This document shows positions 22,186 through 34,176 of a DNA stretch of 64,000 nucleotides, in pieces. The DNA is taken from positions 1,056,001 through 1,120,000 of the forward strand of contig CAXXIA010000002.1 in assembly GCA_963666985.2 (NCBI GenBank). The letters are read 5' to 3'. The notes beneath the pieces were generated by a model. That model searched no databases. It saw nothing but the letters and a program-made list of their open reading frames with translations, and was not told where the DNA came from. A program made the position numbers and the translations under genes. Each line of letters opens with the position of its first letter. The first letter of the stretch is position 1. The DNA comes from Spirochaetia bacterium. GTDB lineage: Bacteria > Spirochaetota > Spirochaetia > DSM-2461.

Positions 22186-22401
22186 ATGATAGATTTCGGG
22201 CTCATAATCATGGGAGTCGGGATGTTGGTGGTATTCGCCTTCCTGACCATCATGGTTGTATCGATGAAGTTCATGTCGAGCATCATCCTGAAGTTCTTCC
22301 CCGAAAAGGAAGAACCCGTCCCCGTTCGCGCCAAGGCGGTTCCCGCCGGTGACGACGCCGAACTGGCCGCGGTTATCGCCGCCGCCTATACCTTTAAATA
22401 A
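22186..22401 (+). CDS. oadG: Na+-translocating decarboxylase gamma subunit
   Basis: Single TM GMLVVFAFL, Pro/Ala linker, AAVIAAA; first gene of the operon. Confidence 0.88.
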   Translation: MIDFGLIIMGVGMLVVFAFLTIMVVSMKFMSSIILKFFPEKEEPVPVRAKAVPAGDDAELAAVIAAAYTFK

Positions 22402-22424
22402 AATAAGAACCGGAGATTAGGAAC

Positions 22425-24263
22425 ATGGCAAAGAAAAAGGTCGATTTCATGATTACGGCTTTCCGGGACGGCTTCCAATCCGTCTACGGAGCCAGGGTTT
22501 TCACCAAGGATTTCATGCCGGCGGTCGAGGCCGCCAGTGCCGCGGGCCTCAAGCACTTCGAAGCCGGCGGCGGCGCCCGATTTCAGTCCCTTTACTTCTA
22601 TACCAATGAGGACGCCTTCGACATGATGGATCAGTTCCGCGCCGCCGCCGGGCCGGATGCCAACCTTCAAACCCTGGCCCGGGGCGTCAACGTGGTGGGC
22701 TTGAGCTCCCAGTCGAGGGACATCATCAAGCTCCACGCCAAGCTGTTCAAGAAGCACGGGATTACAACCATCCGGAATTTCGATGCTCTGAACGATGTGA
22801 ACAACCTTATCGATTCAGGCAAGGCCATCGTCGACGCCGGCGCCAAGCACGAAGTGTGCGTTACCCTGATGGCCCTTCCCGAGGGCGTCACCGGAGCCCA
22901 CGATCCCGATTTTTACGAAAAAACCCTCAAAGGCATCCTGGAAGCCGGAATCCCTTATGATTCGGTCTGTTTTAAAGACGCTTCCGGAACCGCCACTCCC
23001 GCGGTGGTCTACGAATCCATCAAGAGGGCCCGCAAGCTTCTGGGACCGGATACGCATCTGGTTTTCCATTCCCATGAAACGGCCGGTGTGAGCATTGTTC
23101 AGTACAAAGCGGCTCTGGACGCCGGCGCCAATCAGGTGGACCTTTCCCTGGCTCCCGTTTCCGGCGGAACCTGCCAGCCCGACGTGATGACCATGTATCA
23201 CGCCCTGCGCGGCACCGAATACGACATGGGCATCGATCCGGTAAAAGTGTATGAAGCCGAAGAAGTCTTCAAGGAATGCATGAAGGACTATTTCATGCCG
23301 CCGGAAGCCAAGAAAGTCGAGCCTCTTATTCCTCTCTCTCCCATGCCCGGCGGCGCTCTCACCGCCAATACACAGATGCTGCGGGACAACGATCTTCTGG
23401 ACCGCTACGAAGAGATTACCAAGAACATGGGCGAAGTCGTCATTAAGGGCGGTTTCGGCACTTCGGTGACTCCCGTGTCCCAGTTTTACTTCCAGCAGGC
23501 CTTCAACAACACCATGTTCGGACCCTGGAAAAAAATCGCCGACGGCTACGGAAAAATGGTTCTGGGGTATTTCGGAAAAACACCCGTCGATCCCGATCCG
23601 GAAATCGTGAAAATCGCCGCCGAGCAGATGGGTCTGGAACCCACCGACCGTCTGGTGGTGGACATCAACGATGAGAATCCCGAACTCGGAATCGAAGCGG
23701 CCAAGAAGATGCTCACCGACAACGGCATCACCGATCTTTCGGAAGAAAACATCTTCATCGCCGCCGCGTGTCTCGACAAAGGCATTCAATACCTTAAGGG
23801 CGAAGCCAAAACCAACGTCCGCAAGAACGTCCCCGAAACATCCGAAGCCTCCGCTTCCGCCGCCGACGGCGTTACGGTCACCGTTAACGGCAAAGCCTAC
23901 GGCGTAAAGATCGAAGGCAATAAAGCCACGGTGAACGGCCGCGCCTACGATATCAGCGTTAAGGCCGGAATCGACCAAGCGGCCGTCGCACCCGCCGCGG
24001 CACCGGCTCCCGCGGCTCCCGCGGCGGCGCCTTCCGCACCCACAGGAGCGGGAACCGTTGTGAGCGCGCCCATGCCCGGCCTGGTTCTGCGCATTCCCGT
24101 GGCCGTCGGCGATATCGTGGCCGAAGGTGATGAAGTAATGGTTCTGGAAGCCATGAAAATGGAAACCCCGATTTCCGCCACTGCCGGCGGTACGGTGAAA
24201 GCCATCATGGCGAACCAAGGCGATCAAGTGAAAGCCGGCCAGGCTCTGGTCGAAATCGGTTAA
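22425..24263 (+). CDS. oadA: Oxaloacetate decarboxylase alpha subunit (carboxyltransferase + biotinyl domain)
   Basis: FRDGFQS, FKD, HSH, MPGG, VTPVSQ; Ala/Pro linker; EAMKM biotin motif. Confidence 0.9.
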   Translation: MAKKKVDFMITAFRDGFQSVYGARVFTKDFMPAVEAASAAGLKHFEAGGGARFQSLYFYTNEDAFDMMDQFRAAAGPDANLQTLARGVNVVGLSSQSRDIIKLHAKLFKKHGITTIRNFDALNDVNNLIDSGKAIVDAGAKHEVCVTLMALPEGVTGAHDPDFYEKTLKGILEAGIPYDSVCFKDASGTATPAVVYESIKRARKLLGPDTHLVFHSHETAGVSIVQYKAALDAGANQVDLSLAPVSGGTCQPDVMTMYHALRGTEYDMGIDPVKVYEAEEVFKECMKDYFMPPEAKKVEPLIPLSPMPGGALTANTQMLRDNDLLDRYEEITKNMGEVVIKGGFGTSVTPVSQFYFQQAFNNTMFGPWKKIADGYGKMVLGYFGKTPVDPDPEIVKIAAEQMGLEPTDRLVVDINDENPELGIEAAKKMLTDNGITDLSEENIFIAAACLDKGIQYLKGEAKTNVRKNVPETSEASASAADGVTVTVNGKAYGVKIEGNKATVNGRAYDISVKAGIDQAAVAPAAAPAPAAPAAAPSAPTGAGTVVSAPMPGLVLRIPVAVGDIVAEGDEVMVLEAMKMETPISATAGGTVKAIMANQGDQVKAGQALVEIG

Positions 24264-24273
24264 GGGGGAAGGA

Positions 24274-25548
24274 ATGGATTTCGCGAATTCCCTACTTGAA
24301 CTCTGGAGAACTACCGGCCTCTACGGATTTCTCCAAGCCGGAGGATGGGGCAACGTCGTCATGATCGGCGTCGGTCTGCTCCTGATTTATCTGGCCATCG
24401 TGAAAGGCTTCGAGCCGCTGCTGCTGATTCCCATCGGATTCGGCGCGGTTCTGTCGAACATTCCTTTCGCGGAGATAGCCAGTCATTCCCATTACTACCT
24501 GAACGAAGCCGGAGCGGTGGTGTACAACGAACAGGCCCACCACATCATCGACGTGTTCGGCGGCTTTATCGGCCAATTTTACGACATGGGTATCGCCTCG
24601 GGACTCTTTCCGCTGCTGATTTTCATGGGCGTAGGCGCCATGACCGACTTCGGTCCGCTTCTGGCCAATCCCAAAACGCTGCTGCTGGGAGCCGCCGCTC
24701 AGTTCGGTATCTTCTTCGCCCTTTTCGGCACGGTGCTTCTGGAGAGAATCCCCGGCTTTACCTTTTTAACAGGTCCCGACGGACAAACCTTGGCTCAGTC
24801 CATTCTTCATGTGGCGGGTTCCATCGGAATCATCGGAGGCGCCGACGGGCCGACGGCCATCTTCACCACCTCCCGGCTGGCTCCCAACTATCTGGGACCC
24901 ATCGCGGTGGCGGCCTACTCCTACATGGCCCTGGTGCCCATCATCCAGCCGCCCATTATGAAAGCCCTCACAACCAAGGCCGAACGCCAAATCAAAATGG
25001 ATCAGCTGCGCCACGTTACCAAGACCGAAAAGATTATCTTCCCTCTGGTGGTTCTGGCCCTCTGCATCATCCTTCTTCCCAGCGCCACGCCTCTCATCGG
25101 CATGCTGATGTTCGGCAACCTCTTGAAGGAGAGCATGGTGACCAACCGCCTCTCGGATACGGCGCAAAACGCCCTGATGAACACCGTCACCATCATGCTG
25201 GGTCTGTCGGTAGGATCCAAAATGTCCGCCGACGTGTTCCTGAACTTTACGACTCTGGGCATTCTCCTCTTGGGACTTATCGCCTTCATGATCGGAACCG
25301 CCACCGGAGTCCTTCTGGCCAAGTTGATGAACAAGCTCTCTCCGAATCATCCCATCAATCCGCTCATCGGCGCCGCCGGTGTTTCCGCGGTTCCCATGGC
25401 CGCCCGCGTGGCCAACAAGGTGGGCTTGGAAGAGAATCCGAACAATTACCTCTTGATGCACGCCATGGGCCCCAACGTGGCCGGCGTTATCGGTTCGGCG
25501 GTCGCCGCGGGCGTTCTGCTCTCGCTGGTTCCCATTCTGGGAGGCTGA
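24274..25548 (+). CDS. oadB: Na+-translocating decarboxylase beta subunit
   Basis: [53 protein letters not shown]. Confidence 0.95.
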   Translation: MDFANSLLELWRTTGLYGFLQAGGWGNVVMIGVGLLLIYLAIVKGFEPLLLIPIGFGAVLSNIPFAEIASHSHYYLNEAGAVVYNEQAHHIIDVFGGFIGQFYDMGIASGLFPLLIFMGVGAMTDFGPLLANPKTLLLGAAAQFGIFFALFGTVLLERIPGFTFLTGPDGQTLAQSILHVAGSIGIIGGADGPTAIFTTSRLAPNYLGPIAVAAYSYMALVPIIQPPIMKALTTKAERQIKMDQLRHVTKTEKIIFPLVVLALCIILLPSATPLIGMLMFGNLLKESMVTNRLSDTAQNALMNTVTIMLGLSVGSKMSADVFLNFTTLGILLLGLIAFMIGTATGVLLAKLMNKLSPNHPINPLIGAAGVSAVPMAARVANKVGLEENPNNYLLMHAMGPNVAGVIGSAVAAGVLLSLVPILGG

Positions 25549-25596
25549 GGGTCTTTTTTCGGATGACCCCCGAAGCCACAAGTAAAATGCTTTAAC

Positions 25597-25626
25597 ACGG
25601 GCCGCCCGCCGGGCGGCCCGTTTCTT
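25597..25626 (+). terminator. Intrinsic terminator of oadGAB
   Basis: acgggccgccc-gcc-gggcggcccgt followed by T-rich tail. Confidence 0.75.
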
Positions 25627-25706
25627 ATAAGGCGGCGCCGGGAGTCCCGAGGCCGCCGGTTTCATTCGATTAGGGCATTCTTGAAACGATCCGTTTGACG
25701 ATGGAA

Positions 25707-26099
25707 TCAGTCGGAGGCCGGCTTTTTTCCCGGAAGAGTGAATTGCCTGCTGTCGAAGCGGTCCCCGCCAAGCCATAAATCAATTTTCAGACCCGGATTC
25801 ATTTTCTCAACGTCGGCGTGCTTAATACTCCACCCCAATAAATCCAAGCGGGCCGAACCAAGCTGATCATGACCCGTCATGGCGCCGTAGTACGCCGCCA
25901 GTTCCGGCCTTTTGCGGCTGTTAAGCTTTCTTTCAAGCTCGGCGATTTCTTCGTCGGAGTGATCATTGTCGTCAATAACGGCCAAGTGAAGACCATCTTC
26001 TTCCTGATGAAGGGAAATAACCAATCGCATCGGATCTTCATCAAGTAAATAACTGGCCATTTCGCTCATCAATTGAATAATTTGATCTTTACGCTTCAT
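25707..26099 (-). CDS. Hypothetical protein coupled to the DUF1576 gene
   Basis: Starts 1 nt after the DUF1576 stop; globular composition. Confidence 0.75.
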   Translation of the reverse strand: MKRKDQIIQLMSEMASYLLDEDPMRLVISLHQEEDGLHLAVIDDNDHSDEEIAELERKLNSRKRPELAAYYGAMTGHDQLGSARLDLLGWSIKHADVEKMNPGLKIDLWLGGDRFDSRQFTLPGKKPASD

Positions 26100-26100
26100 C

Positions 26101-27375
26101 CTACTTTTCCGCCTTGTTGGTTCTATACCATTGGATGACAGATACGAAAATAGCCGCGGTTAATCCGCCGGCAAAACCGTTGTTATAGAGATTCATGCCC
26201 CCATGCCAGCTTCCGGTCTGCATAACCATTAAAAAATGGATGATACCGGCAATGATTCCGGCGATAATGCCGAATTCTCCGGCAAGCGGCGCCAATGTGG
26301 TACAAAAAATCGCGGCCAGAATCGGACCGGGAGCATTGAGGGCATTCCCGGTTGCCAAGGCGGCCAGAACGACTCCGGCGACTACGGGCCAAGAATTTTT
26401 CAGATGCGTTCCGAACGCTCCAAAACCCATGATGGTCAGCAAACCGCCGATTAACGGACCGTTGAAATCGCCTCCGACAATCCAAATATAAGCCGAACCG
26501 AGTATTCCGATCAGTCCGATATTTAAAAGAGCTCCTTCGGGAGACGCACCATCCACGAAATCCGAGGGAAGACGTCCCGAAGAAGAAAAAATACGTTTGA
26601 GATCCGAAAAAGATTTCTTACCGCCCGATAGAAGCGCGATAAAGATAAAAACAAAACCCATAACCGGAATCATGAAAATCAGAACCGGATGAGACCGGGA
26701 ATACCATACGGATTCACCGCCAAGAGTTCCGCCGAATCCGCGAATAACAGCCGCGGCGAAAAGACCGAAAAAACCGCACGAGAGTCCCATGTTGTAAAGG
26801 TTATATCCTTGATGCAGATGAAGCATCGCAACCGCTATGGAAGGCAGAAAAAATCCCGTTATGATTCCTCCGAGAACGCCAAAGAGCAAAGCCGCCGGCA
26901 AAGAAAAGCCCAATTCCCAAGAAATCGCGCCGACCAAGGGCCCCAAAGCCGTTCCGAAAAGAGCGATGATAAGATAATCCTTCATCTTTTTGCCGATTGT
27001 TCTGGCCGCTATGTATACGCCGAGGATAATCGGCAAGATGTTCAAAGGCGTTTTGCCGAAAAGCCCGAAACCCGTCATGGTAAGAACGGCCGCCCAAGTG
27101 GGGCCGGAAAGAGGGATTCCGGAAGCCGCGCAAAAGGCCAGACCGATAAAACCCACCGATGCGGCATTCAGCAAAGCCCCGCCGATTCCCGCGATTTCGA
27201 TATAATCGTTGAGAAGCCGCGCGGGGTGTGTTTGGATTCTGAGAAATCCCGAGAACGCATGAAAACCATCGACGCTGAAACCGACAATGATCATCGCGGT
27301 TAAGAAAACGATAAGAATTATGATAAGAAAACCGTGCGATCTGGGAAAATCTCTCTCAGGTCCCATGGATACCAT
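26101..27375 (-). CDS. DUF1576-family membrane protein
   Basis: Internally duplicated membrane protein: GFGLFGK..N / GFGAFGTH.KN, FGTALGP / FCTTLAP, HQGYNLYNMG / HGGMNLYNNGF. Confidence 0.85.
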   Translation of the reverse strand: MVSMGPERDFPRSHGFLIIILIVFLTAMIIVGFSVDGFHAFSGFLRIQTHPARLLNDYIEIAGIGGALLNAASVGFIGLAFCAASGIPLSGPTWAAVLTMTGFGLFGKTPLNILPIILGVYIAARTIGKKMKDYLIIALFGTALGPLVGAISWELGFSLPAALLFGVLGGIITGFFLPSIAVAMLHLHQGYNLYNMGLSCGFFGLFAAAVIRGFGGTLGGESVWYSRSHPVLIFMIPVMGFVFIFIALLSGGKKSFSDLKRIFSSSGRLPSDFVDGASPEGALLNIGLIGILGSAYIWIVGGDFNGPLIGGLLTIMGFGAFGTHLKNSWPVVAGVVLAALATGNALNAPGPILAAIFCTTLAPLAGEFGIIAGIIAGIIHFLMVMQTGSWHGGMNLYNNGFAGGLTAAIFVSVIQWYRTNKAEK

Positions 27376-27630
27376 TCTTAATTGTATGAAGCCGATAGTC
27401 AATTCTTTGAATTAAAGTTCATAGATATGGAGTGCATGGCCATTTTCTCATTTCAATCAGATTCCGGAATCAAAAGATCACTCAATGGGAATCATGAAGA
27501 AATCCGCCGGAAAAGACGGCGATTCCAAATCCCGGCCGCTCTTGCCCGATTTCTTTTTACGGCCGTCCATTGTGAATCGAGACACTCGACGGCTTCTCTC
27601 CTCCCGCCCAAACCGCTATGATTGCCCCCT

Positions 27631-30600
27631 GTGAGATTCCCGGAACCCTTCTCTTCCGAACAGATAAAATCTCTCGCCGCATCCGGCCTTTTCGAGCGGG
27701 CAAAACACATCCTTGCCGAAAGGCGGCTTTGGAAATTTGAAGACCGTTTGGACGACGAAGGAGAAGAGAAATCCGCCGCAAAACGGAATCCGCCGGTTCC
27801 CGTTCTAACGGCGGGCGCCCTGGTTCTGGAAGGCGCGCCCGAACCCTACCGCGTACTCTGGAACGGGAACTCCTGGTCCTGCGAATGCAAAGCCGCGAAG
27901 CCCTGTGTTCATCTTGCCGCCCTTCTTTTGCATCTGGCGGACAAACGATCCGACGATGAACGCCTGGCGGCCGTCGCCGAAGCGGCAGGTCGAAGCGAAA
28001 ACGATTCGGGAAAGGATTCCGAACCGCCGCGGAGCCTGGATTCGGTTTTTTCAATTCCTCCGTCATCTTCTCCTCTTTCGATTTTCACGGAAGTTTCCTT
28101 TGCTGAAAACGATGATTCAACGGATCTGAATCCTTCCCTGGATCTGTTGTTCTTCACCGAACCGGTTTCCGTGGAAACTCGGGATGTTATGATTCTGGGA
28201 CCCGCCGCCGAAGTGGACGCCGTTCTTTCCGGAGGCGCCTCCGAATCGCGGTCCGCCGCGCCTCTCTCCGCGGCACATCCGGCCGGCTTGCCTCCCTCGC
28301 CTCCCTCGCCCCCCTCTTCGCCGAAGGTTTTTCTCGATCTTTCGAAACACGCCTGGCGCGCCGCGGAAGCGGAAGTTCTTCTGAAACACGACGGCGGCTT
28401 CAGCCGGTTCCGAAGAAAAAAAGCGGCCGCGGCCGGACGGACTGAGAAAAAAGACGGAACACCGCCGGCTCCGGAAGGAAGCGGAATTCAAGAAAAGAAT
28501 AAAAATGGTGTTCCGGCCGATGAGACTTCCGAGAAGAAAGGATCGGCCGCCTTCGATTCGATCGCGGCGGCTCTCGAAAGCAAAACGCCCCCGCTGACTC
28601 CGGACGGCCGATCCTGGAGCCTAACCGAAGCGAAACGCCTCATCCTGCGCTTCGATCCCCTTCTCTCGCCCGGCGACGGCGAACCTTTGTACGAACCCGT
28701 TCCGCTGATGGCCCTGGCCGATCCGAATACGGCCGCCGGGCAAGACGCATCCGGGAAGGAATCCCCGGCGGGGAAACCGGAAGATTCCGCCGCCGAGGAG
28801 ACGGCCGCGAGCCGACGGCAAAATAATCAAGCGGCGGAGGAATCTTCGGCCGGAACGGAGGGGGAACACGTTCATCAAGGTTTTCCGCCGGCCCGCGCCG
28901 ACGGCGGCCGAACGGCACGCCCTTTGGGCCGTTTCGGCGGCGGACTGATCGGCGGCGGCTCAAGAAGCTGCGGTCTTTTCACCGGCTCGGGCGACATCAT
29001 TATGCTCGACGCCCCTTCGGCAACGGCCGCGCGGCTGACCGGCGCGGGAGACGCACTCTGGTTCGTCCGTCTTATCCTCTCCCGCCGGGTGATGAGCGCT
29101 TCGGACATCCGGGCGCGCTTTTACGGCACAAGAGGCGTTCCCGCGGGCATCGACATCGACCTTCCGGATCTTCCCGAAACGCTGGAGAAACTCGCGCCGA
29201 CACCGGTTCTCGAAATCATTGGAGGAGACGGTTATACGGATCTTCTGCCGCGCTGGAAATACGCGGGAACGATTCTGCAGCCGGGAGCCAAGGGTGAAAT
29301 TGTGATGGGCGGCACGGGACTTCGGCCGAGACCTCTGGGACTCCGCGATAAAGACGCTGAAAACGCGGCTATGGAGAAAATTGAAGGCATTCTCGCGATG
29401 GATCTGGCCTGGAGGCGAGGCCGTTACTTCGTCCTGACCGGAGAAGAGGCGCTTCCCTTCCGCATGGAAACGCCCATGGCCGATGTTCTGGCCGAATACG
29501 CCGCTCCCCTGATGGATGCGGGCGTTGAGATTCGATTGGAAAACCGCCCTATTCGGCGTGGAGGCGCGGTGGGGGTCAGCATTAAAAAAACAGGCGACCT
29601 GATGGAAATCAGCACCGCCATAAGCTGCGAAACCCTTGATCTGGACGAATGGCTGGATAAGGGCGGCCTGGTGCGGACCCGCGACTCCTATTTCCGCCTG
29701 ACCCAAAAAGCGCTGGATCAGCTGCTTTTTCTGCGCGCCAACGGCATGAACGGCGGCGGTTTTCTTTCCACCAGCCCGAACAACTTGAGCCTGATAGACG
29801 CCGTTTACGAAGAAACGGTTGCCTCCGAAGAGCTTCAGGCCGACCTGGAACGCCGCCGGAATCTCTACCGCGACCTCTCCGATTTCACTCCGGAGAACAT
29901 CACTCCGCCGCCCGAGTCGTTCCGCGCCTCGCTCCGCCCCTACCAGATGCTCGGCTACGCCTGGCTGCTTCATTTGAGAAACAACGGACTGGGCGCCTGC
30001 CTGGCCGACGATATGGGGCTGGGAAAAACGGTGCAGACCCTGGCGTATCTCGCCCGGCTCCGCGCCGACGGAAAGCTTAAAAATGTCCTTTTGGTGGGTC
30101 CGGTGGTGACTCTGGCCAACTGGGGAGCGGAAATCAGACGGTTCACCCCGAGTTTTACCGTGCACAAGTATTCCGGGCCGGCGGAGAAGCGTTTTCTCCC
30201 CGCGGAGGATTCGGGAACGGACATCGTGCTGGTAAGCTACCAAACCCTTCGAAACGACGCGGAGCGGTTCCTGGAGCGGGATTGGGATCACATCATTCTG
30301 GATGAAGCACACTACGTGAAAAACGCTTCGTCGAAAACCTTCAAGGCCGTGCGTTCCCTGCGCGCCGAGCACCGGATTTCCCTGACCGGCACGCCGTTGG
30401 AAAATCATCTGAACGAGCTTTGGTCTCAGATGACTTTTCTCAATCCAGGCCTCCTCGGCAGTCAGTCACGCTTTATTGAAAACTATGTCCGGCCGGTGGA
30501 ATTCGCAACAGACGATAAGGCGTTGACGCGCCTGTCGGATACCGTCGCGCCCTTCCTATTGAGGCGCCGTAAAGAAGAAGTTCTGGACGATCTGCCGCCG

Positions 30601-31311
30601 AAAGACGAAACGGTCCTGCGCTGCGACATGACCGATGATCAAAGCGAAGCCTACGACGCGATGAGGGAAACCTACCGGCGTCAGGTTACCGGCATGATTT
30701 CCGCGGACGGATTGGACGGTTCGCGCATCGAGATTCTTTCGGTTTTAAGCAAATTACGGCTTCTGGCCATCCATCCGCCGCTGGCGGGCGAACCGTTTAC
30801 CGGCATCTCATCGGGCAAAATGGCCGTCCTGGACAGCCTTCTGGAGGAAATCCTCGAAGAAAACCATAAAATTCTGCTCTTCAGTCAATTCCTCGGCGCC
30901 CTGGACCGCGCCGAACAGACCTGCCGAAAACATGAATGGCGTTTCAGCAGGCTAACCGGGGCCACCAAAAACCGGGAAGATCAGATTAAGGACTTCAATG
31001 AAAATCCCGAAACGAAAGTCTTCCTTTTAAGCCTGAAAGCCGGCGGCGTGGGCATTAATCTGACATCAGCCGATTATGTTGTATTGCTGGATCCCTGGTG
31101 GAATCCGGCGGTGGAAGCTCAGGCCGTGGACAGAGCCCACCGCATGGGACAAACGCGGCCGGTTATGGTTTACAGGCTCATCACCTCCGGGACAATCGAA
31201 GAAAAAGTTTTGGAACTGCAGGAACAAAAGAAAGATCTTATCGCCGGAGTGCTCGGCGACGGCGGCTCTCCCGCTCTTACCGAAGATGAAATCATGAATC
31301 TTCTGGATTGA
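27631..31311 (+). CDS. SNF2-family helicase/ATPase with N-terminal SWIM zinc finger
   Basis: SCECKAAKPCVH; LRPYQ, LADDMGLGKT, DEAH, TGTPLEN, SLKAGGVGINL, WWNPAVE.QAVDRAHRMGQ. Start uncertain (27622 or 27631). Confidence 0.9.
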   Translation: MRFPEPFSSEQIKSLAASGLFERAKHILAERRLWKFEDRLDDEGEEKSAAKRNPPVPVLTAGALVLEGAPEPYRVLWNGNSWSCECKAAKPCVHLAALLLHLADKRSDDERLAAVAEAAGRSENDSGKDSEPPRSLDSVFSIPPSSSPLSIFTEVSFAENDDSTDLNPSLDLLFFTEPVSVETRDVMILGPAAEVDAVLSGGASESRSAAPLSAAHPAGLPPSPPSPPSSPKVFLDLSKHAWRAAEAEVLLKHDGGFSRFRRKKAAAAGRTEKKDGTPPAPEGSGIQEKNKNGVPADETSEKKGSAAFDSIAAALESKTPPLTPDGRSWSLTEAKRLILRFDPLLSPGDGEPLYEPVPLMALADPNTAAGQDASGKESPAGKPEDSAAEETAASRRQNNQAAEESSAGTEGEHVHQGFPPARADGGRTARPLGRFGGGLIGGGSRSCGLFTGSGDIIMLDAPSATAARLTGAGDALWFVRLILSRRVMSASDIRARFYGTRGVPAGIDIDLPDLPETLEKLAPTPVLEIIGGDGYTDLLPRWKYAGTILQPGAKGEIVMGGTGLRPRPLGLRDKDAENAAMEKIEGILAMDLAWRRGRYFVLTGEEALPFRMETPMADVLAEYAAPLMDAGVEIRLENRPIRRGGAVGVSIKKTGDLMEISTAISCETLDLDEWLDKGGLVRTRDSYFRLTQKALDQLLFLRANGMNGGGFLSTSPNNLSLIDAVYEETVASEELQADLERRRNLYRDLSDFTPENITPPPESFRASLRPYQMLGYAWLLHLRNNGLGACLADDMGLGKTVQTLAYLARLRADGKLKNVLLVGPVVTLANWGAEIRRFTPSFTVHKYSGPAEKRFLPAEDSGTDIVLVSYQTLRNDAERFLERDWDHIILDEAHYVKNASSKTFKAVRSLRAEHRISLTGTPLENHLNELWSQMTFLNPGLLGSQSRFIENYVRPVEFATDDKALTRLSDTVAPFLLRRRKEEVLDDLPPKDETVLRCDMTDDQSEAYDAMRETYRRQVTGMISADGLDGSRIEILSVLSKLRLLAIHPPLAGEPFTGISSGKMAVLDSLLEEILEENHKILLFSQFLGALDRAEQTCRKHEWRFSRLTGATKNREDQIKDFNENPETKVFLLSLKAGGVGINLTSADYVVLLDPWWNPAVEAQAVDRAHRMGQTRPVMVYRLITSGTIEEKVLELQEQKKDLIAGVLGDGGSPALTEDEIMNLLD

Positions 31312-31454
31312 AAGAGGCCGGAGGGGGAGGCGCCAATCGCGGAGGGATACGAGGGAAGGCAGAAAGAAAGGCATGCTCCGATCGGCTTCGCTGATCACTT
31401 ATCCGCCGCATTCCCCTTCCTAACATCGCCCTCCCCGGCTAGAATAACCCCGCC

Positions 31455-32735
31455 ATGTTGGACTTAAAATTCATCCGAGAAAACGCCGAGGCCGTCAAGG
31501 CCAATATCGCCGCCCGCTTCATGAACGCCGACGTTGATGAGGTTCTTCGCCTTTACGAGAAGCGCAACGCGCTCATCACCGAAACCGACGATCTCAGGCG
31601 CCGACGCAACGAAAACGCCGCCGCCATGAAGGGCAAACTCGCGCCCGAAGAAAGAGCGAAACTCATCGAAGAAGGCAAGTCCATCAAGGAAGCCATTGCC
31701 GCGAAGGAATCCGAAGAATCCGAGGCCAAAACGGCTCTGGAGGCCGCCGCGGCGCTCATTCCGAACATGGCCCACCCCGACGCCCCGGTGGGTAAGGAAG
31801 ACAAGGACAACACCGAAATCGCCCGCTCGGGCGAACCGGCGAAGTTCGGCTTCAAGCCCAAAGACCACACGCAAATCGCCGAAAATCTGGATCTGATCGA
31901 TTTCGAAACCGGAGCCAAGGTTTCCGGCAGCAAATTCTACTTCCTCAAGAACGAAGCGGTATTCCTGGAACTGGCCCTGACCCGCTACGCGTTGGACATC
32001 CTCAAGAAACACGGCTTTACCGTTACCATCACACCGGACATCGCCCGCGAGGAAATCGCCGAAGGTATCGGCTTTAATCCCCGAGGCGAAGAATCCAACC
32101 ATCTACTCGCTGGAAGGCACCGGCACCTGCCTTGTGGGCACCGCCGAAATCACCCTGGGCGGCTATTATTCCGGAGAAATCATCAACCTGGAGAACGGTC
32201 CCATTCTGATGGCCGGGCTCTCGCACTGCTTCCGCCGCGAAGCCGGGGCCGCGGGGTCAGTACTCCAAAGGTCTCTACCGGGTTCATCAGTTCACGAAAG
32301 TGGAAATGTTCGTCTATTCCAAGGCCGAAGAGTCCGACGATCTTCTGATGAAGCTGCGCGGGATTGAGGAAGAAATCTTCAACGGCTTGGGTATTCCTTT
32401 CCGCGTGGTGGACACCTGCACCGGCGATCTGGGGGCTCCGGCTTACCGCAAGTTTGATTTGGAGGCCTGGATGCCCGGCCGCGGCGATGACGGTGACTGG
32501 GGCGAGGTAACCTCCACGTCCAACTGTACCGACTATCAAGCCCGCCGCCTGGGGATTCGCTACAAAGAGGACGGCAAAACACGATTCGCCCACACCCTCA
32601 ACGGTACGGCCGTGGCCATCTCCCGCGCCATGATCGCCGTTCTGGAAAATGGGCAACAGGCCGACGGTTCGGTCAAAATCCCCGAGGTTCTGGTGCCCCT
32701 ACTGCGGCTTTTCAGAGATTCCGGCAAAGGGATGA
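31455..32735 (+). CDS. serS: Seryl-tRNA synthetase; three apparent +1 frameshifts (~32100, ~32255, ~32698)
   Basis: [24 protein letters not shown], ([10 protein letters not shown])[23 protein letters not shown]. Repaired C-terminus [17 protein letters not shown]. Confidence 0.93.
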
Positions 32736-34176
32736 CCCCGCGGCGCGGTTCGGATAACGGGCGCTCCCGATTCGATCGGAGGCCGCTCTGGTTCGGCGGC
32801 ACGCACCGCCGAGCAGTCCAAAACCGCCGAGCAGTCCAAAACCGCGGAGAGCCGGTCCGAAACCAGGGCCGCCGTCTCGCCTCCCAAAGGCAAACCGCTG
32901 ACGGCCGAAAGCGGCTCGGCAAGATCACCCGCAGGCCATCCCGGCCCACCCGACTTTTTCTCCCTTGCCGAGAACCGCCTCGCCTTTCCTCTCGCCGTCG
33001 CCGAAATCGGCACCGCCCACGGCGGAGACCTGGTCCGCGGCCTGGAACTCATCGACGCCCGCCGCCGACTCCGGCGCCCATGTCGCGAAAATCCAGGTTG
33101 TGTTCGCCGATGAGATCCTTCCCCCCGAGGCCGGACTCGTTCCCCTTCCCGGCGGCGACACCCCCCTTTTCGACGTTTTCCGATCCCTTGAACGGGCCGC
33201 CCGACTTCTACGCGGCCCTGGCCGAACGCGCCGCAAAGCGCGGCATTGGATTCCTGGCCAGTCCCTTCGGCGAACAAAGCGTCCGGCTCCTGGAAGAGCT
33301 CGGCGTGCGCGCCTGGAAAGTCGCCTCACCGGAACTCAACCACGAGCCCCTCCTCGAACGCCTGACCCATACCGGACTGCCCATCATCCTTTCCACCGGC
33401 GTTTCCACGCTGGAAGATATCGAAAGAGCCTTATACGTGATCACCGAAGCCCGCCGCGGAATTGCCGCTCCGATTCCGCCGACCTCCCCCCCCGCCGATT
33501 TCGGGGGTGCCGAATCGAAGCATCAGGCCGCCGCTTCCGGCTTCCCCAAAAACCGCCGCTGATTCTCCTCCATTGCCTCACCTCCTACCCGGCCGCCGAA
33601 AACGAAGCGAATCTTCGAATTATTTCAACACTGCGGCGCACCTTCGGCCATCCGGTCGGTCTCTCCGACCACAGCCTGGACCCGATACTACTCCCTTCCC
33701 TCGCCGTCGCCCTCGGCGCGGTCTTGGTGGAAAAACACATCACTCTGAATAAATCCGCAGGCGGTCTTGATGACCCGGTGGCCCTCAACCCCGATGACTT
33801 TTCCCGGATGACCGCGGCGATGGCGCGATTCACCGGCGCCGATATTCGAGAGGCCGTTAAGGAATTGGCCTGTGAATACGGACGGGAACGGGTGGAAGCC
33901 TGCCTGGGCGACGGCGCGAAAAAACCGGCCGCATCGGAACTCCCCAATTACGGCCGGACCAACCGGTCTCTTCACGCCGTCGGTCCTCTCTCCTCCGGCA
34001 CCATACTCACCCCGCGGAATACCGCCCTGCTGCGAACCGAGAAAGTCCTCCGGCCGGGTATTCCGCCAAAATTCCGTCATGAGATCTACGGGAAACCCCT
34101 TATCCGCGATGTCGCTTCGGGAGACGGCATCACCTGGGACGATCTTGCTCTCGCGTCAAAAGCCGCCGGTAAGTAA
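32732..34176 (+). CDS. NeuB/SpsE-family (nonulosonate synthase-like) protein with C-terminal SAF domain; at least three apparent frameshifts; start uncertain
   Basis: Spread across frames: [56 protein letters not shown]. Confidence 0.78.

Noticed and set aside
22815..25776. Long antisense and alternate-frame ORFs over oadAB (also over SNF2, hnd and others)
   Set aside because: Expected from GC3-biased codon usage; the translations have no protein-like motifs.
28845..28859. 15-mer ttcggccggaacgga (ESSAGTE) shared with 11860-11874 on the opposite strand
   Set aside because: Several chance 15-mer matches are expected in 64 kb of GC-rich DNA, and the match does not extend.
31312..31454. T-box leader for serS (also checked for trpS)
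   Set aside because: No T-box consensus or terminator; the -10 box lies right at the start codon.
32098..32700. Programmed frameshifting or pseudogenisation of serS
   Set aside because: Three independent indels in an essential gene, with no slippery heptamers, fit sequencing error.
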